From Rhodospirillales bacterium (GTDB lineage: Bacteria > Pseudomonadota > Alphaproteobacteria > Rhodospirillales > SHVQ01), in the NCBI GenBank assembly GCA_009694195.1, contig SHVQ01000008.1:10465-74464 (forward strand): DNA of 64,000 nt, in the 5' to 3' direction. The notes beneath the pieces are model-generated. The model had not been told where the DNA came from. It made no database searches and was given only the letters and a program-made list of their open reading frames with translations. Below are positions 28,927 to 37,812 of the stretch, piece by piece. The translations under genes and the position numbers were made by a program. Each line of letters begins with the position of its first letter. Positions within the stretch are counted from its first letter, which is position 1.

Positions 28927-29286
28927 CTACTCCCGGAGAGCCCGCATGACTGCTTTGGGATCGCGATCAATCGCCACCAGCAAGGCACGCGCAGGACCCT
29001 CTGGTACGCGGCGGCCCTGTTCCCAATTCCGCAATGTGTGAGCGCTGATGCGGAAGGCGCGCGCGAACCGATCCTGCGAGAGCCCGGTCTTTCCCCGAAT
29101 CGCCGCAACGTCCAGCGGCTTAACGACGCGCAGCGTGCCGTCTTTTAGGGCAGCCCTAAGATCAATGGATGCCGTCGAGGTGTCATCCTCCGCCGCGTGC
29201 CGAGCAATATCCGATTCTGTGGTCCTCGCCACGATCCTGCGCCGGACGCGCGCCTTCCAGCGTGCCCGATCAACCGAATACTTCAT
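28927..29286 (-). CDS. HTH-XRE antitoxin-like regulator
   Basis: DVAAIRGKTGLSQDRFARAFRISAHTLRNWEQGRRVPEGPARALL. Confidence 0.82.
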   Translation of the reverse strand: MKYSVDRARWKARVRRRIVARTTESDIARHAAEDDTSTASIDLRAALKDGTLRVVKPLDVAAIRGKTGLSQDRFARAFRISAHTLRNWEQGRRVPEGPARALLVAIDRDPKAVMRALRE

Positions 29287-29342
29287 GATAAACCTCGCGC
29301 GCGAAGATTGGCCTCGCTCTTCGTGTCGTCCCACTCAAACAT
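29283..29342 (-). pseudogene. 19-codon remnant of a BrnT-like toxin
   Basis: Translates MFEWDDTKSEANLRARGLS*, resembling the FEWD..K...NL..HG BrnT N-terminus. Its TGA overlaps the antitoxin ATG (ATGA). Confidence 0.7.
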
Positions 29343-29350
29343 GGTTGACT

Positions 29351-29384
29351 ATAAGCCATTGACTTATATAGGTCAATGGCTTAT
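29351..29384. promoter_or_regulatory. 34-bp palindromic operator of the TA remnant
   Basis: ATAAGCCATTGAC-T-TATATA-G-GTCAATGGCTTAT, one mismatch, AT-rich, contains TTGAC. Confidence 0.7.
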
Positions 29385-29389
29385 GTCGC

Positions 29390-30265
29390 CTAAAATCCCA
29401 GCTCCACGCCCTTCGGTGTGAAGGTGGCGGTCGCGCGCCTGGCCGAGTGGCATTGAATGTTGACGGCGACCGGGTTCATGGTGATGTGGGTCGCCGCCGT
29501 CTCCACATGCACGGCGAAGGCGGTCGCGTTGCCGCCCAAGCCCTGCGGCCCGATGCCGAGGCTGTTGACGGCCCGGCTCAGCTCCTGTTCCAGCTTCGCC
29601 CCTTCGGCGTCCGCGCAGCGGGACCCGAGTGCCCGCGTCGCCGCGATCTTGGCCAGGTGCATGCAGAGGTCCGCCGTGCCGCCGACCCCGACGCCGACGA
29701 TGGTCGGCGGGCACACGCGGCCGCCCGCCTCGATCACCTTGTCGACGACGAAGGTCTTGATGGCGTCGACGCCCTCGGCCGGGATCGCCATCTTGAGGAA
29801 GGAGCCGTTCTCCGAGCCCGATCCCTTCGGGATCATCTCGATCGTGAGCGTCTCATCCTCGGCCGAGAAGTCGATGTTGATGACGGGGATGCGCTCACCC
29901 GAGGACGTATGCGCGTTCACCCGCGTGATCGGATGCACGATCGAGGAGCGGAGCGGATGCTCCCGCGTCGCGCGCTCGCAGCCCTTGATGATCGCTTCCT
30001 TGAGGGCATGACCGTCCACCTGCACGCGCCTCCCGATGGTCACGTTGTAAATGGGAATTCCGGTATCCTGGCAGAGGAGATTGTTGGTCTTCTCGGCGAC
30101 CCCGATGTTCTCGATCATCGTCTTGAGGATGCTCTTGCCGGTCGGATCGGTCTCGGCCGCATCGAGGCGCTTGAAGCCCTCCTTGATATCCGGCGGCAAT
30201 ATCTTCAGCGCCCGGATGTAGAGAAGCTTCGCGGTTTCCTCGACGGCAGCGAGATCGACGATCAT
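29390..30265 (-). CDS. Fe-S hydro-lyase (class I fumarase / tartrate dehydratase) alpha subunit
   Basis: LCQDTG, PKGSGSEN, VCPP..VGVGVGG, LGIGPQGLGG, QCH.ARR. Confidence 0.9.
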   Translation of the reverse strand: MIVDLAAVEETAKLLYIRALKILPPDIKEGFKRLDAAETDPTGKSILKTMIENIGVAEKTNNLLCQDTGIPIYNVTIGRRVQVDGHALKEAIIKGCERATREHPLRSSIVHPITRVNAHTSSGERIPVINIDFSAEDETLTIEMIPKGSGSENGSFLKMAIPAEGVDAIKTFVVDKVIEAGGRVCPPTIVGVGVGGTADLCMHLAKIAATRALGSRCADAEGAKLEQELSRAVNSLGIGPQGLGGNATAFAVHVETAATHITMNPVAVNIQCHSARRATATFTPKGVELGF

Positions 30266-30312
30266 GCTAGGTTTCCCTCTGCTGTAGGCCCCATCCGTGG
30301 GCAGGTCGAAGC

Positions 30313-30654
30313 TCAGGATGCGACGAGAAAGAACGCGAGTCCGACGAGCACGCTCAGCCCCCCGGCGGCGGCGACGAGGGTCTTCTGCCAGTCGCGCCAG
30401 GGAAGAAATTCAACGGCGAGCACGCGGAGGCCCCCCGTCAGGTGCGCGGCAAGCAGCACGATCAGGAGCGCCTCGGCGATCTTGACCGGCGGCTGAGCCG
30501 ACCACCGGAGAAAGCCGTCGAGCGCGGCCTCGCCCTCGATGGCGAACGCGAGGACATAGAAATGCACGGGCAAAAAGAGAGCGAGCGCGAGGCCGGAGAC
30601 GCGGTGAAGGACGAACGCCCAATAGGTCGGGTGGTTGCGGTGCCCGCTCGCCAT
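30313..30654 (-). CDS. Sdh cytochrome b / membrane anchor-like subunit (SdhC-like)
   Basis: LHRVSGLAL..FLPVH, AAHLTGGLRVL; three TM segments. Confidence 0.8.
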   Translation of the reverse strand: MASGHRNHPTYWAFVLHRVSGLALALFLPVHFYVLAFAIEGEAALDGFLRWSAQPPVKIAEALLIVLLAAHLTGGLRVLAVEFLPWRDWQKTLVAAAGGLSVLVGLAFFLVAS

Positions 30655-30998
30655 CAGGCTGCCCCGTAAAGGCCCCACGCGGCCCGGAATCCCAGCGCCA
30701 AAATCAACCCGGCGGTGGCAACGGCGAGTCCGTCCACGACGCCCCGCCGGAGCGCAGTCATTTCGTGGAGGATCGTACGAATTCCGATCGGCCCGTGCAC
30801 CGCGACGGCGGCGACGAACAGGCTGTAGAACGCCAGCCAAGCGCCGCTGCCGCGGACGCGCGCGAGAATCTCGGCGCCGGTCAATCCGCCTTGCACCGCG
30901 ACGATAATGGTCGCGAGATGGACGATGACGCAAAGCCCAAGCACGGCGGCGCTTCCCCGCTGGGCGACCCACAGCAGAACTTGGCCGCGCGGCGTCAT
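30654..30998 (-). CDS. Sdh membrane anchor-like subunit (SdhD-like)
   Basis: WVAQRGSA.VL...VHL, VHGPIGIRTILHE; three TM segments. Confidence 0.78.
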   Translation of the reverse strand: MTPRGQVLLWVAQRGSAAVLGLCVIVHLATIIVAVQGGLTGAEILARVRGSGAWLAFYSLFVAAVAVHGPIGIRTILHEMTALRRGVVDGLAVATAGLILALGFRAAWGLYGAA

Positions 30999-31711
30999 AT
31001 CTGGCCCTTGAGAGCCGCCCAGGCCGCCGCCCGCTTGAGGCCGGCGATCGAGGCCGTCGGGTTCAAATGCTTCGGGCAGTGCTCCTGGCAGCTTTGGTGC
31101 GAGTGGCAGGCGTGGCAGCCCGCGTCGCCGGCGACCGCGGCGAGGCGCGTCGCCTGCCCGCCGTCGCGCGTGTCGCTAAAGAGCGTCCACGCGCGATTGA
31201 GCGCGGCGGGGCCGAGGTAGTCCCGGTTCCATGCGACCACGTCGCACGCCGCATGGCAAACCCCGCAGCCGATGCATTCGATCCCGGCGTCGGCCTGCTT
31301 GCGCGCAGCCGAGTCGGGGCGCACCACGGCAAAGCCGTCCCGCCGGCTCGCGGTCGGCTGGAACTGCCCCTTCGCACGCGCCCATTTGTCGAAGAACTCC
31401 CGCATGTCGACGGCGAGATCCTTGATCACCGGAAGATTTCGAAGCGGCGCAATGGTGAGGTCGCCGTTTTTCGCGACGCGGTCGACGTGGGTGCGGCAGG
31501 TCCAGCGCGGCCGGCCGTTCACCGTCATCGCGCAGGAACCGCACATGCCGACCCGGCAGGCGAACCGATAGCTCAAGGAGGCATCGATCCTTCGCTGGAT
31601 GTGGGTCACCACGTCGAGCACGGTTTGGCTCGCGCGGCGCGGCACCGAATAGGCGACGAACGCGCCCCGCTCGCTGCCCCGCCAGACTTGCACGCTCAAC
31701 GTCTCGGTCAT
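30995..31711 (-). CDS. Sdh/Frd iron-sulfur subunit (SdhB-like)
   Basis: CRVGMCGSC...C (2Fe-2S), CIGCGVCHAAC, CHSHQSCQEHCP. Confidence 0.9.
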   Translation of the reverse strand: MTETLSVQVWRGSERGAFVAYSVPRRASQTVLDVVTHIQRRIDASLSYRFACRVGMCGSCAMTVNGRPRWTCRTHVDRVAKNGDLTIAPLRNLPVIKDLAVDMREFFDKWARAKGQFQPTASRRDGFAVVRPDSAARKQADAGIECIGCGVCHAACDVVAWNRDYLGPAALNRAWTLFSDTRDGGQATRLAAVAGDAGCHACHSHQSCQEHCPKHLNPTASIAGLKRAAAWAALKGQI

Positions 31712-31718
31712 GTCGGGA

Positions 31719-32528
31719 TCATAGGCGGTCGAGCGCCGGGCTGCCACGCCCGCCGTCTTCACGGCGCAGCGCCGGCAGCATGAACATCACCATGCCGATC
31801 GCAGCGGCAGCAAAAACGTGCTTCAGCGTGTGGCCGCTCACGACACCGCCGAGCGCGGCGAACACGGCGTGGTCGCCAACTTCGAGCAGCTTGGCGACAC
31901 CGTAGAGGACGAAGACCCAAATGATGTAAGGGACTTTCGTGTACCGCGCGCGCGGGAACAGCCAGCAGATCACCGGCATCCCGAGCATCGGGAGAAACTG
32001 GACGATGCCGTAGGGGCGGAGATCGCCGCGCCCGTTGTGTTCGGTCCATGCCCAATAGCCGACGCTCGCGACGCCGATGAGCACGAAGCCGGCGAGCACA
32101 TGGGCCGCGGCCTGCCGATCGATACGGTCGGTCACGATGGCGGCGAGAAAGGACATGAAGGCAACCGTCATCGGCAGCCGGTCCCAGATGAGCGTCCCGT
32201 TGCCGGGAGCCCAGTGATAGTACGCGGATCCGAGGCCTATTCCGATCGCGGCCAGGAAAAAGAGCGCGTAGGGAGCCGCCTCCTCAGGCGTGTCGAAACC
32301 ACCGCCTCGGAGCGAGCGCCGGACGGCCAGGAGGCCGAGCGCGCCGGCCGCGGCGAACGCCACATTCGACAATACGTTCGCCGCGTTGGGAACGCCGAGC
32401 CAGCCGCGGGCGTCGGCGAATTCGTGGTACGCGGGCGGCTGCGGGACGGGCGGGAACATTGCGAAAACGGCCGCGGCCGCGACCACGAAGTAGCCGACGA
32501 CGGCGCCGATTCGAGTGTGGAAGGTCAT
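31719..32528 (-). CDS. Alkaline ceramidase-like (CREST) membrane hydrolase
   Basis: YHEFADAR...PNAANVLSN, GSAYYH, WDRLPM, SGHTLKH. Confidence 0.78.
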   Translation of the reverse strand: MTFHTRIGAVVGYFVVAAAAVFAMFPPVPQPPAYHEFADARGWLGVPNAANVLSNVAFAAAGALGLLAVRRSLRGGGFDTPEEAAPYALFFLAAIGIGLGSAYYHWAPGNGTLIWDRLPMTVAFMSFLAAIVTDRIDRQAAAHVLAGFVLIGVASVGYWAWTEHNGRGDLRPYGIVQFLPMLGMPVICWLFPRARYTKVPYIIWVFVLYGVAKLLEVGDHAVFAALGGVVSGHTLKHVFAAAAIGMVMFMLPALRREDGGRGSPALDRL

Positions 32529-32537
32529 CGGCGTCCT

Positions 32538-33407
32538 TCAGGCCAAGGCTTCGGCGAGCGCGGCGCCGACATCGTTCGGCGTCGCCAGCACGCGGACTCC
32601 GGCGCGCTCAAGGGCGCGGCGCTTGGACGCATAGCTTCCCTTGTCGCCGACCACGATCGCGCCGGCATGACCCATCTTGCGGCCTTCGGGCGCGGCACCG
32701 CCGGCGATCAGCGCGACGACGGGCTTCTTCATCGTGACCGCGTATTCGGCCGCTTCCTCTTCCATGGTGCCGCCGATCTCGCCGACTATGACGACAGCTC
32801 GCGTGCCCGGGAACGTGTCCAAGGCTTCGAGCGCTTCGCGCGTGGTGGTGCCGATGACCGGATCGCCGCCGATCCCGACGAACGCCGATTGGCCGAAGCC
32901 CGCCTGGCAGATGCTGAGGCAGACGAGCGTGCCCAAGCTGCCGCTCCGGGAGACGACGCCGACCGCGCCCGGGCGGACGATCTTCGCGTTGAAGGCGGGC
33001 ATGAAGCCTGCGAAACATTCGCCCGGCGTGACCGTACCGGCCGTGTTGGGTCCGAGCACGCGCGTCCCGGCCTCCTTCGCCGCGGCGAGGATATACATGG
33101 TGTCCTGCACCGGCACGTGTTCGGTTAACACGACAAGTCCCTTGGCGCCTGCTTCGATGGCGTCGAGCGCAGCCTCCTTGACGCCGAGCGGCGGAATGAA
33201 CAGTACGGAGACATCGAAGCCGTTTCCTTTCATGGCGGCCTTGGCGCTCGCGTAAACCGGGAGGCCCAAGTGCGTCTCGCCCCCTCGCTTCGGATTGACG
33301 CCGCCCATGATGGCCGTGCCGTACTCCCGCATGCGTTCGGCCCAGAACGTTCCTTGTTTTCCGGTGATTCCCTGGATCAGCACGCGATCGGGTCGCCTGA
33401 GAATCAT
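32538..33407 (-). CDS. ADP-forming CoA ligase alpha subunit (SucD-like; probable sulfoacyl-CoA ligase)
   Basis: QGITGKQG, GPNTAG, SRSGSL, GIGGDP, phospho-His in MGHAGA. Confidence 0.85.
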   Translation of the reverse strand: MILRRPDRVLIQGITGKQGTFWAERMREYGTAIMGGVNPKRGGETHLGLPVYASAKAAMKGNGFDVSVLFIPPLGVKEAALDAIEAGAKGLVVLTEHVPVQDTMYILAAAKEAGTRVLGPNTAGTVTPGECFAGFMPAFNAKIVRPGAVGVVSRSGSLGTLVCLSICQAGFGQSAFVGIGGDPVIGTTTREALEALDTFPGTRAVVIVGEIGGTMEEEAAEYAVTMKKPVVALIAGGAAPEGRKMGHAGAIVVGDKGSYASKRRALERAGVRVLATPNDVGAALAEALA

Positions 33408-34525
33408 CGCGCCGCCTCCACCGCGGCCTTGCAGGCGAGCGCCATGGTCGGGAAGGGATCGAGGCCGAGGCGCTTCTTCAGAATGGCGATCGCCTCCACG
33501 TCGCCGGTGCCGTCGATCGAGAAGAAGATCGGGACCGAAGGCTTCAGCTCCTGCCACGCCGCCGCGACGCCTTCCATCATCACGTCGCAGCGCGCGAAGG
33601 CGCCGCAGAAGTTGACGACCAGGCTTTTGACGTGCGGATTGGCGAGCACGAGCTCGAGCGCGGGCTTGGCGCGCGTATACGACTCGCCGCCGATCTCGAG
33701 AAAGTTGGCGGGCCGCCCGCCCCAGTGACGGACCATGTCCATGGTCGCCATGGTGAGCCCGGCGCCGTTGGCGAGCACGCCGACGTTGCCGTCGAGCTCG
33801 ATGAATTTGAGCGCAAGGTCCTTGCCCCGCTGTTCGAGCGGCGACAGCGTCTCCGGCGTGCCGCGGGCGGCAAGCTCGGCGTGCCGGGGAGCGGCAGAAT
33901 CGTCCATGACGAACTTGCAGTCGAGCGCGACCGGGCCGGACGCCGTCAACGCGAGCGGGTTCACTTCCAGGAGCTCGGCGTCGTGGCGGCGATAGACGCT
34001 GTAGAGGCTTACGAGAAACTTGGCGACGGCCGGCTCGTGATCTCCCAGATCCAGTCCCCGCACCAGCGCGCGGGCCGCTTCATCGGCAAGGCCTGATCGG
34101 ATGTCAACATGGTGTCGCCGCACGCGCTCGGGTCTGGCGGCGGCGATCTCCTCGATATCCATCCCGCCTTCGGTGGAGAAGAGGACGAGCGGTTGGCGGG
34201 CGGCGGCGTCGTTGAGAACCGCCGCGTAAAGCTCGCGCTCGATCGCGACCTGCTCTTCGACGAGCACGCGCGCGACCGCGTGGCCGCCGATCGCCATGCC
34301 GAGAATCCCGCGCGCCGCAGATTCGGCCTCTTCCGGCGTCTGGGCCCGCCGGATGCCGCCCGCCTTGCCGCGCTTTCCTGCCGGCACCTGCGCCTTGACC
34401 ACCACCGGCCCAAGCGCGCGGGCGGCGGCGGCGGCTTCCTCGGACGTCGTTGCGAGGCGGCTGCGGGGGACCGCGATCCCCGCTTCCGCGAGCAGCGGCT
34501 TCGCCGCGCATTCCTCGAAATTCAT
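33404..34525 (-). CDS. ADP-forming CoA ligase beta subunit (SucC-like; probable sulfoacyl-CoA ligase)
   Basis: VKAQV.AGKRGKAGG, EGGMDIEE, LEVNPL, NGAGLTMATMD, PANFLEIGG. Confidence 0.85.
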   Translation of the reverse strand: MNFEECAAKPLLAEAGIAVPRSRLATTSEEAAAAARALGPVVVKAQVPAGKRGKAGGIRRAQTPEEAESAARGILGMAIGGHAVARVLVEEQVAIERELYAAVLNDAAARQPLVLFSTEGGMDIEEIAAARPERVRRHHVDIRSGLADEAARALVRGLDLGDHEPAVAKFLVSLYSVYRRHDAELLEVNPLALTASGPVALDCKFVMDDSAAPRHAELAARGTPETLSPLEQRGKDLALKFIELDGNVGVLANGAGLTMATMDMVRHWGGRPANFLEIGGESYTRAKPALELVLANPHVKSLVVNFCGAFARCDVMMEGVAAAWQELKPSVPIFFSIDGTGDVEAIAILKKRLGLDPFPTMALACKAAVEAAR

Positions 34526-34530
34526 GCAGC

Positions 34531-35955
34531 TTACTTGCCGTATTTCGCCCAGTAGGCGCCGAACAGCGCCTCCTCGGACGGCTTGTCCTCGGGGATGACG
34601 GTCACGAGATGGGTCACGTTGATGAAGTGCCGGTAGTTGAGATTTTCGCTGATCGAGTTTCCGCCCCAGGTGCCGCACCCCATGCTGAGGGTGAAGTTGA
34701 GGCCGTTGTCGAAGCTGCCGCCGTTGCCGAACGCGTGGGCCTGGTTGACGAGCACGCGGACGACGTCGAGCTCCTCGGCGAGCCGCCTCGCGTTGGCCAT
34801 GGCCTTCGTATGGATGCCGACGGAGTGTCCGCGGCCGACGAAATCGAGCACGGCCCGCACCTGGGCGACCGCGGCGTCGAAGTCTTTCGCTTTGTAGAGG
34901 GTGAGCACGAGCGCGAGCTTCTCGTCGGAAAACGGACGATCGGGCCCGGCGCCTTCGTCCTCGACCATGAAGAACTTGGCGTTCCCCGCGGCCTCGGGGA
35001 GCCCGGCCTCGCGGGCGAACACGGGCGCATCCTTGGCGATGACCCGCCGGTTGAGCTTGCCGCCGACCCAGAGCGTCTGCTCGACCTTTTTCTTCTCCTC
35101 CGGCGAGCAGAGATAGCCGCCCGCCGCCTGCAAGGCCCCGAGCGCCCGGTCGTACACATCCGCAAGGATGGTGACCGAGTTCTCGGACGAGCACGAGGTC
35201 GCGTTGTCGAAAATCTTGGACGCGCAAATCTTATCGGCCGCGTCCTTGACGTCCGCCGTCGAATCGACGATGACGGGCACGTTGCCGGTGCCGACGCCGA
35301 TCGCGGGCGTGCCGCTCGAATAGGCCCGGCGCACGTTGTCCTGGGAGCCCGTCACCACCACGAGATCGGCGGCCTCCATCAGCGCCTGGGTGAGCGCCTT
35401 GTCCACCGGCTCCGGCAACACTTGCACCAGGTCCTCGGGGGCGCCGATCCGCCGGAGCTCGCTTTGCATGTGCTCGACCGTGCGGGCGGTCGTCCGGTAC
35501 CCCGCGGGCGAGGGCGCAACGACAATCGCGTTGCGGCCCTTGACCGCCATCATCGCCTTGTTGACCGGCGTGGCGGCGGGGTTGGTCGCGGGCACGACGG
35601 CGGCGACGACGCCGACCGGCTTCGCGTACTTGACGATGCCCCGCGCCCGGTCCTCCTCGATCACGCCGACGGTCTTGACGCGCAACAAGTCGCGCAGCGT
35701 GCCGAACGTCTTCCGCTGGTTCTTGACGATCTTGCTCGCGACGTTCCCGAGACCGGTGTCGGCGGCGGCAAGCTCGGCCAGCTCACGCGCGCGCTCCGGC
35801 TTGTAGATCGACCAGGCGAGCGCGGTCACCGCCTCGTCGACCCGCGCCTGGTCGGCATTCGCGAACGCTGCCATGGCGGCGCGCGCCCGCGCGATCAGTC
35901 CGGGGATGGCGGCGGCGGGACCGGTTTCCGGCTCCGCGCGCGAGATGGCGGTCAT
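34531..35955 (-). CDS. sauS: Acylating aldehyde dehydrogenase, SauS-like (sulfoacetaldehyde dehydrogenase)
   Basis: KNQRKTFGTLRDL, PATNPAATP, GVGTGNVP, FDNATSCSSENS, GGSFDNGLNFTLSMGCGTWG; sulfonate context. Confidence 0.8.
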   Translation of the reverse strand: MTAISRAEPETGPAAAIPGLIARARAAMAAFANADQARVDEAVTALAWSIYKPERARELAELAAADTGLGNVASKIVKNQRKTFGTLRDLLRVKTVGVIEEDRARGIVKYAKPVGVVAAVVPATNPAATPVNKAMMAVKGRNAIVVAPSPAGYRTTARTVEHMQSELRRIGAPEDLVQVLPEPVDKALTQALMEAADLVVVTGSQDNVRRAYSSGTPAIGVGTGNVPVIVDSTADVKDAADKICASKIFDNATSCSSENSVTILADVYDRALGALQAAGGYLCSPEEKKKVEQTLWVGGKLNRRVIAKDAPVFAREAGLPEAAGNAKFFMVEDEGAGPDRPFSDEKLALVLTLYKAKDFDAAVAQVRAVLDFVGRGHSVGIHTKAMANARRLAEELDVVRVLVNQAHAFGNGGSFDNGLNFTLSMGCGTWGGNSISENLNYRHFINVTHLVTVIPEDKPSEEALFGAYWAKYGK

Positions 35956-36031
35956 CGGTCGGGGCTCTCCATGGTTTTGGCGGCGGTTGCCGCCACTATA
36001 ACACCGGAGCCTCCGTCGTGGAGATGGCCGG

Positions 36032-36976
36032 TTAGCGCGGGAGACTGTCGAGGTGCCGTTTGACCGTGCGGTGAAAGTCGATGACCGTCGTCATGGCATT
36101 CTCCGGCGGCTCTTTCCGGATGCACGTGTAGGTCCTCACGCAAAAAACACCCCAGTCCGTCGTTTGGAGAGCCTTGTCGAAGACGCCGGTCAGCGCGCGA
36201 ATGCGATCTCCAGGCGTTCCCGCCCGCACGACGAGAGCGCGGAAATTATAGAGGTTGCCGACGTCGATCCCGAGCTCCTGCGACGTGGTCACGGTCGGAA
36301 ACGCATAGTGGCGTACGTCGTCGAACACGACGAGGGGCCTAAGTTGGCGCGCCGAGACGTACCGGGTGACGTCGCCCGGCTCCTCATACAGAGCATCGGT
36401 CTCGAGATCGACCGTCGATCGATAACGCTCGACCGGATTTGGGAACGGGATGTTGACCATCGGATAGCCGAGCGACGCCAGCGACCGGAGGGCAACGTCG
36501 TCGTCGGTCCCGAATCCTGAAGTCGCGACCTTGAGGGCCCGCGGGTTCGCCTTGGCATGCCCGAGCAGGTCCTGGATGGTGGCGAACGGGCTTTGTCTCG
36601 GGACGAACAGCATCGAGGGCGAATTCTGCGCCCAGGCCACGATGGCAAAATCGTCGGGCTTTGCGGCACCGAGACCGGCCGCCCAGGACGCGACCGAGAG
36701 CCCCACCAGGGTTGCCACCGTGTAGCCGTCGGGGGGCCGCCCGGTGAGCTTCCCGAGGCCTTCGTTGCCGGAGGCGCCGGCGACGTTCGAAACACGGATC
36801 GGAACACCCAGCAGAGGCTCGGCCAGTCTCGCCAGCGTCCGCGCCATCAAGTCGGCGCCGCCCCCCGGCCCGAAGGTGACGATCAGATCGATCGGCCGCG
36901 CGGGAAACGGCTCCTGGGCTTCGACCGGCCCGGCGGCGAGCCACCCGGCGAGAATCCCGGCGACGATGCGGAGCAT
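36032..36976 (-). CDS. Tripartite tricarboxylate transporter substrate-binding protein (TctC/Bug)
   Basis: FPARPIDLIVTFGPGGGADLMAR, NVAGASG, PDGYT; signal peptide. Confidence 0.85.
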   Translation of the reverse strand: MLRIVAGILAGWLAAGPVEAQEPFPARPIDLIVTFGPGGGADLMARTLARLAEPLLGVPIRVSNVAGASGNEGLGKLTGRPPDGYTVATLVGLSVASWAAGLGAAKPDDFAIVAWAQNSPSMLFVPRQSPFATIQDLLGHAKANPRALKVATSGFGTDDDVALRSLASLGYPMVNIPFPNPVERYRSTVDLETDALYEEPGDVTRYVSARQLRPLVVFDDVRHYAFPTVTTSQELGIDVGNLYNFRALVVRAGTPGDRIRALTGVFDKALQTTDWGVFCVRTYTCIRKEPPENAMTTVIDFHRTVKRHLDSLPR

Positions 36977-37077
36977 GCCCCCTCCCGTGCTGCCGGGATC
37001 AGCATATGCCGCCGCGCGTTCTCAGGAAATAGACTGGCCGGGGACCCTGGGTGCAAGCATAAGATGGGCGGGGACCC

Positions 37078-37812
37078 ATGGCAGACACCGCGCCCGTCCA
37101 GCCGTTTGCGAGCGAGGCCGATGCCTTTCGTCACGGCCTCCGGGACGCGCTCGGGCTCCCCGCGCTCGTGCTCCTCGCGAGCATGACCGGGTTCGGTTCG
37201 CTCGCGCGCGAAAGCGGCTTCACGGCGCTGATCGCGGTTCTGTCATCGGCGGCCGTGTGGGCGCTGCCGGGGCAAGTCGTGATGGCCGAGCTCTACGCGG
37301 CGGGCGCGCCGCTCCTCGCGATCGCCGTGGCCGTGGCCGGCGCGAATGCGCGCTTCCTCCCGATGACGGTCGCGTTGATCCCGCAGTTCCAACAGGCCCG
37401 CACGAGCTGGCGCTGGCGTTATCTCCTGGCCCAGATGATCTCCGTCAACACGTGGGCCTTGGCGATGCGCCGAGGGCCGTCGCTGCCGCCGGAGCAGCGC
37501 GCGCCTTACTTCTCGGGCGTCTCGCTCGTGTGCATGGGGTCGGGCGTGATCGGAACCGCCTGCGGCTTCGTGCTGGCCGGCGCGCTTCCCCGCGTCGTCA
37601 CCCTCGGCCTCGTGTTCCTCAACCCGGTCTACTTCGCGCTTCTGTTCGCGGGCGTCCGCCACCGCGCGGGCGTGCTCGCCCTCCTGATCGGCGCCGCGCT
37701 CGGGCCCACCATCCACCTCGCGTGGCCGCGCTGGGGATTGCCGATGACCGGCCTCCTCGCCGGCACCATCGCCGTCCTCCTCGACCGGGCTTGGGAGAAG
37801 CGCCGTGGATGA
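37078..37812 (+). CDS. azlC: AzlC-family exporter large subunit
   Basis: FRHGLRDA, ALPGQ, ANARFLPM; hydrophobic. Confidence 0.78.
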   Translation: MADTAPVQPFASEADAFRHGLRDALGLPALVLLASMTGFGSLARESGFTALIAVLSSAAVWALPGQVVMAELYAAGAPLLAIAVAVAGANARFLPMTVALIPQFQQARTSWRWRYLLAQMISVNTWALAMRRGPSLPPEQRAPYFSGVSLVCMGSGVIGTACGFVLAGALPRVVTLGLVFLNPVYFALLFAGVRHRAGVLALLIGAALGPTIHLAWPRWGLPMTGLLAGTIAVLLDRAWEKRRG

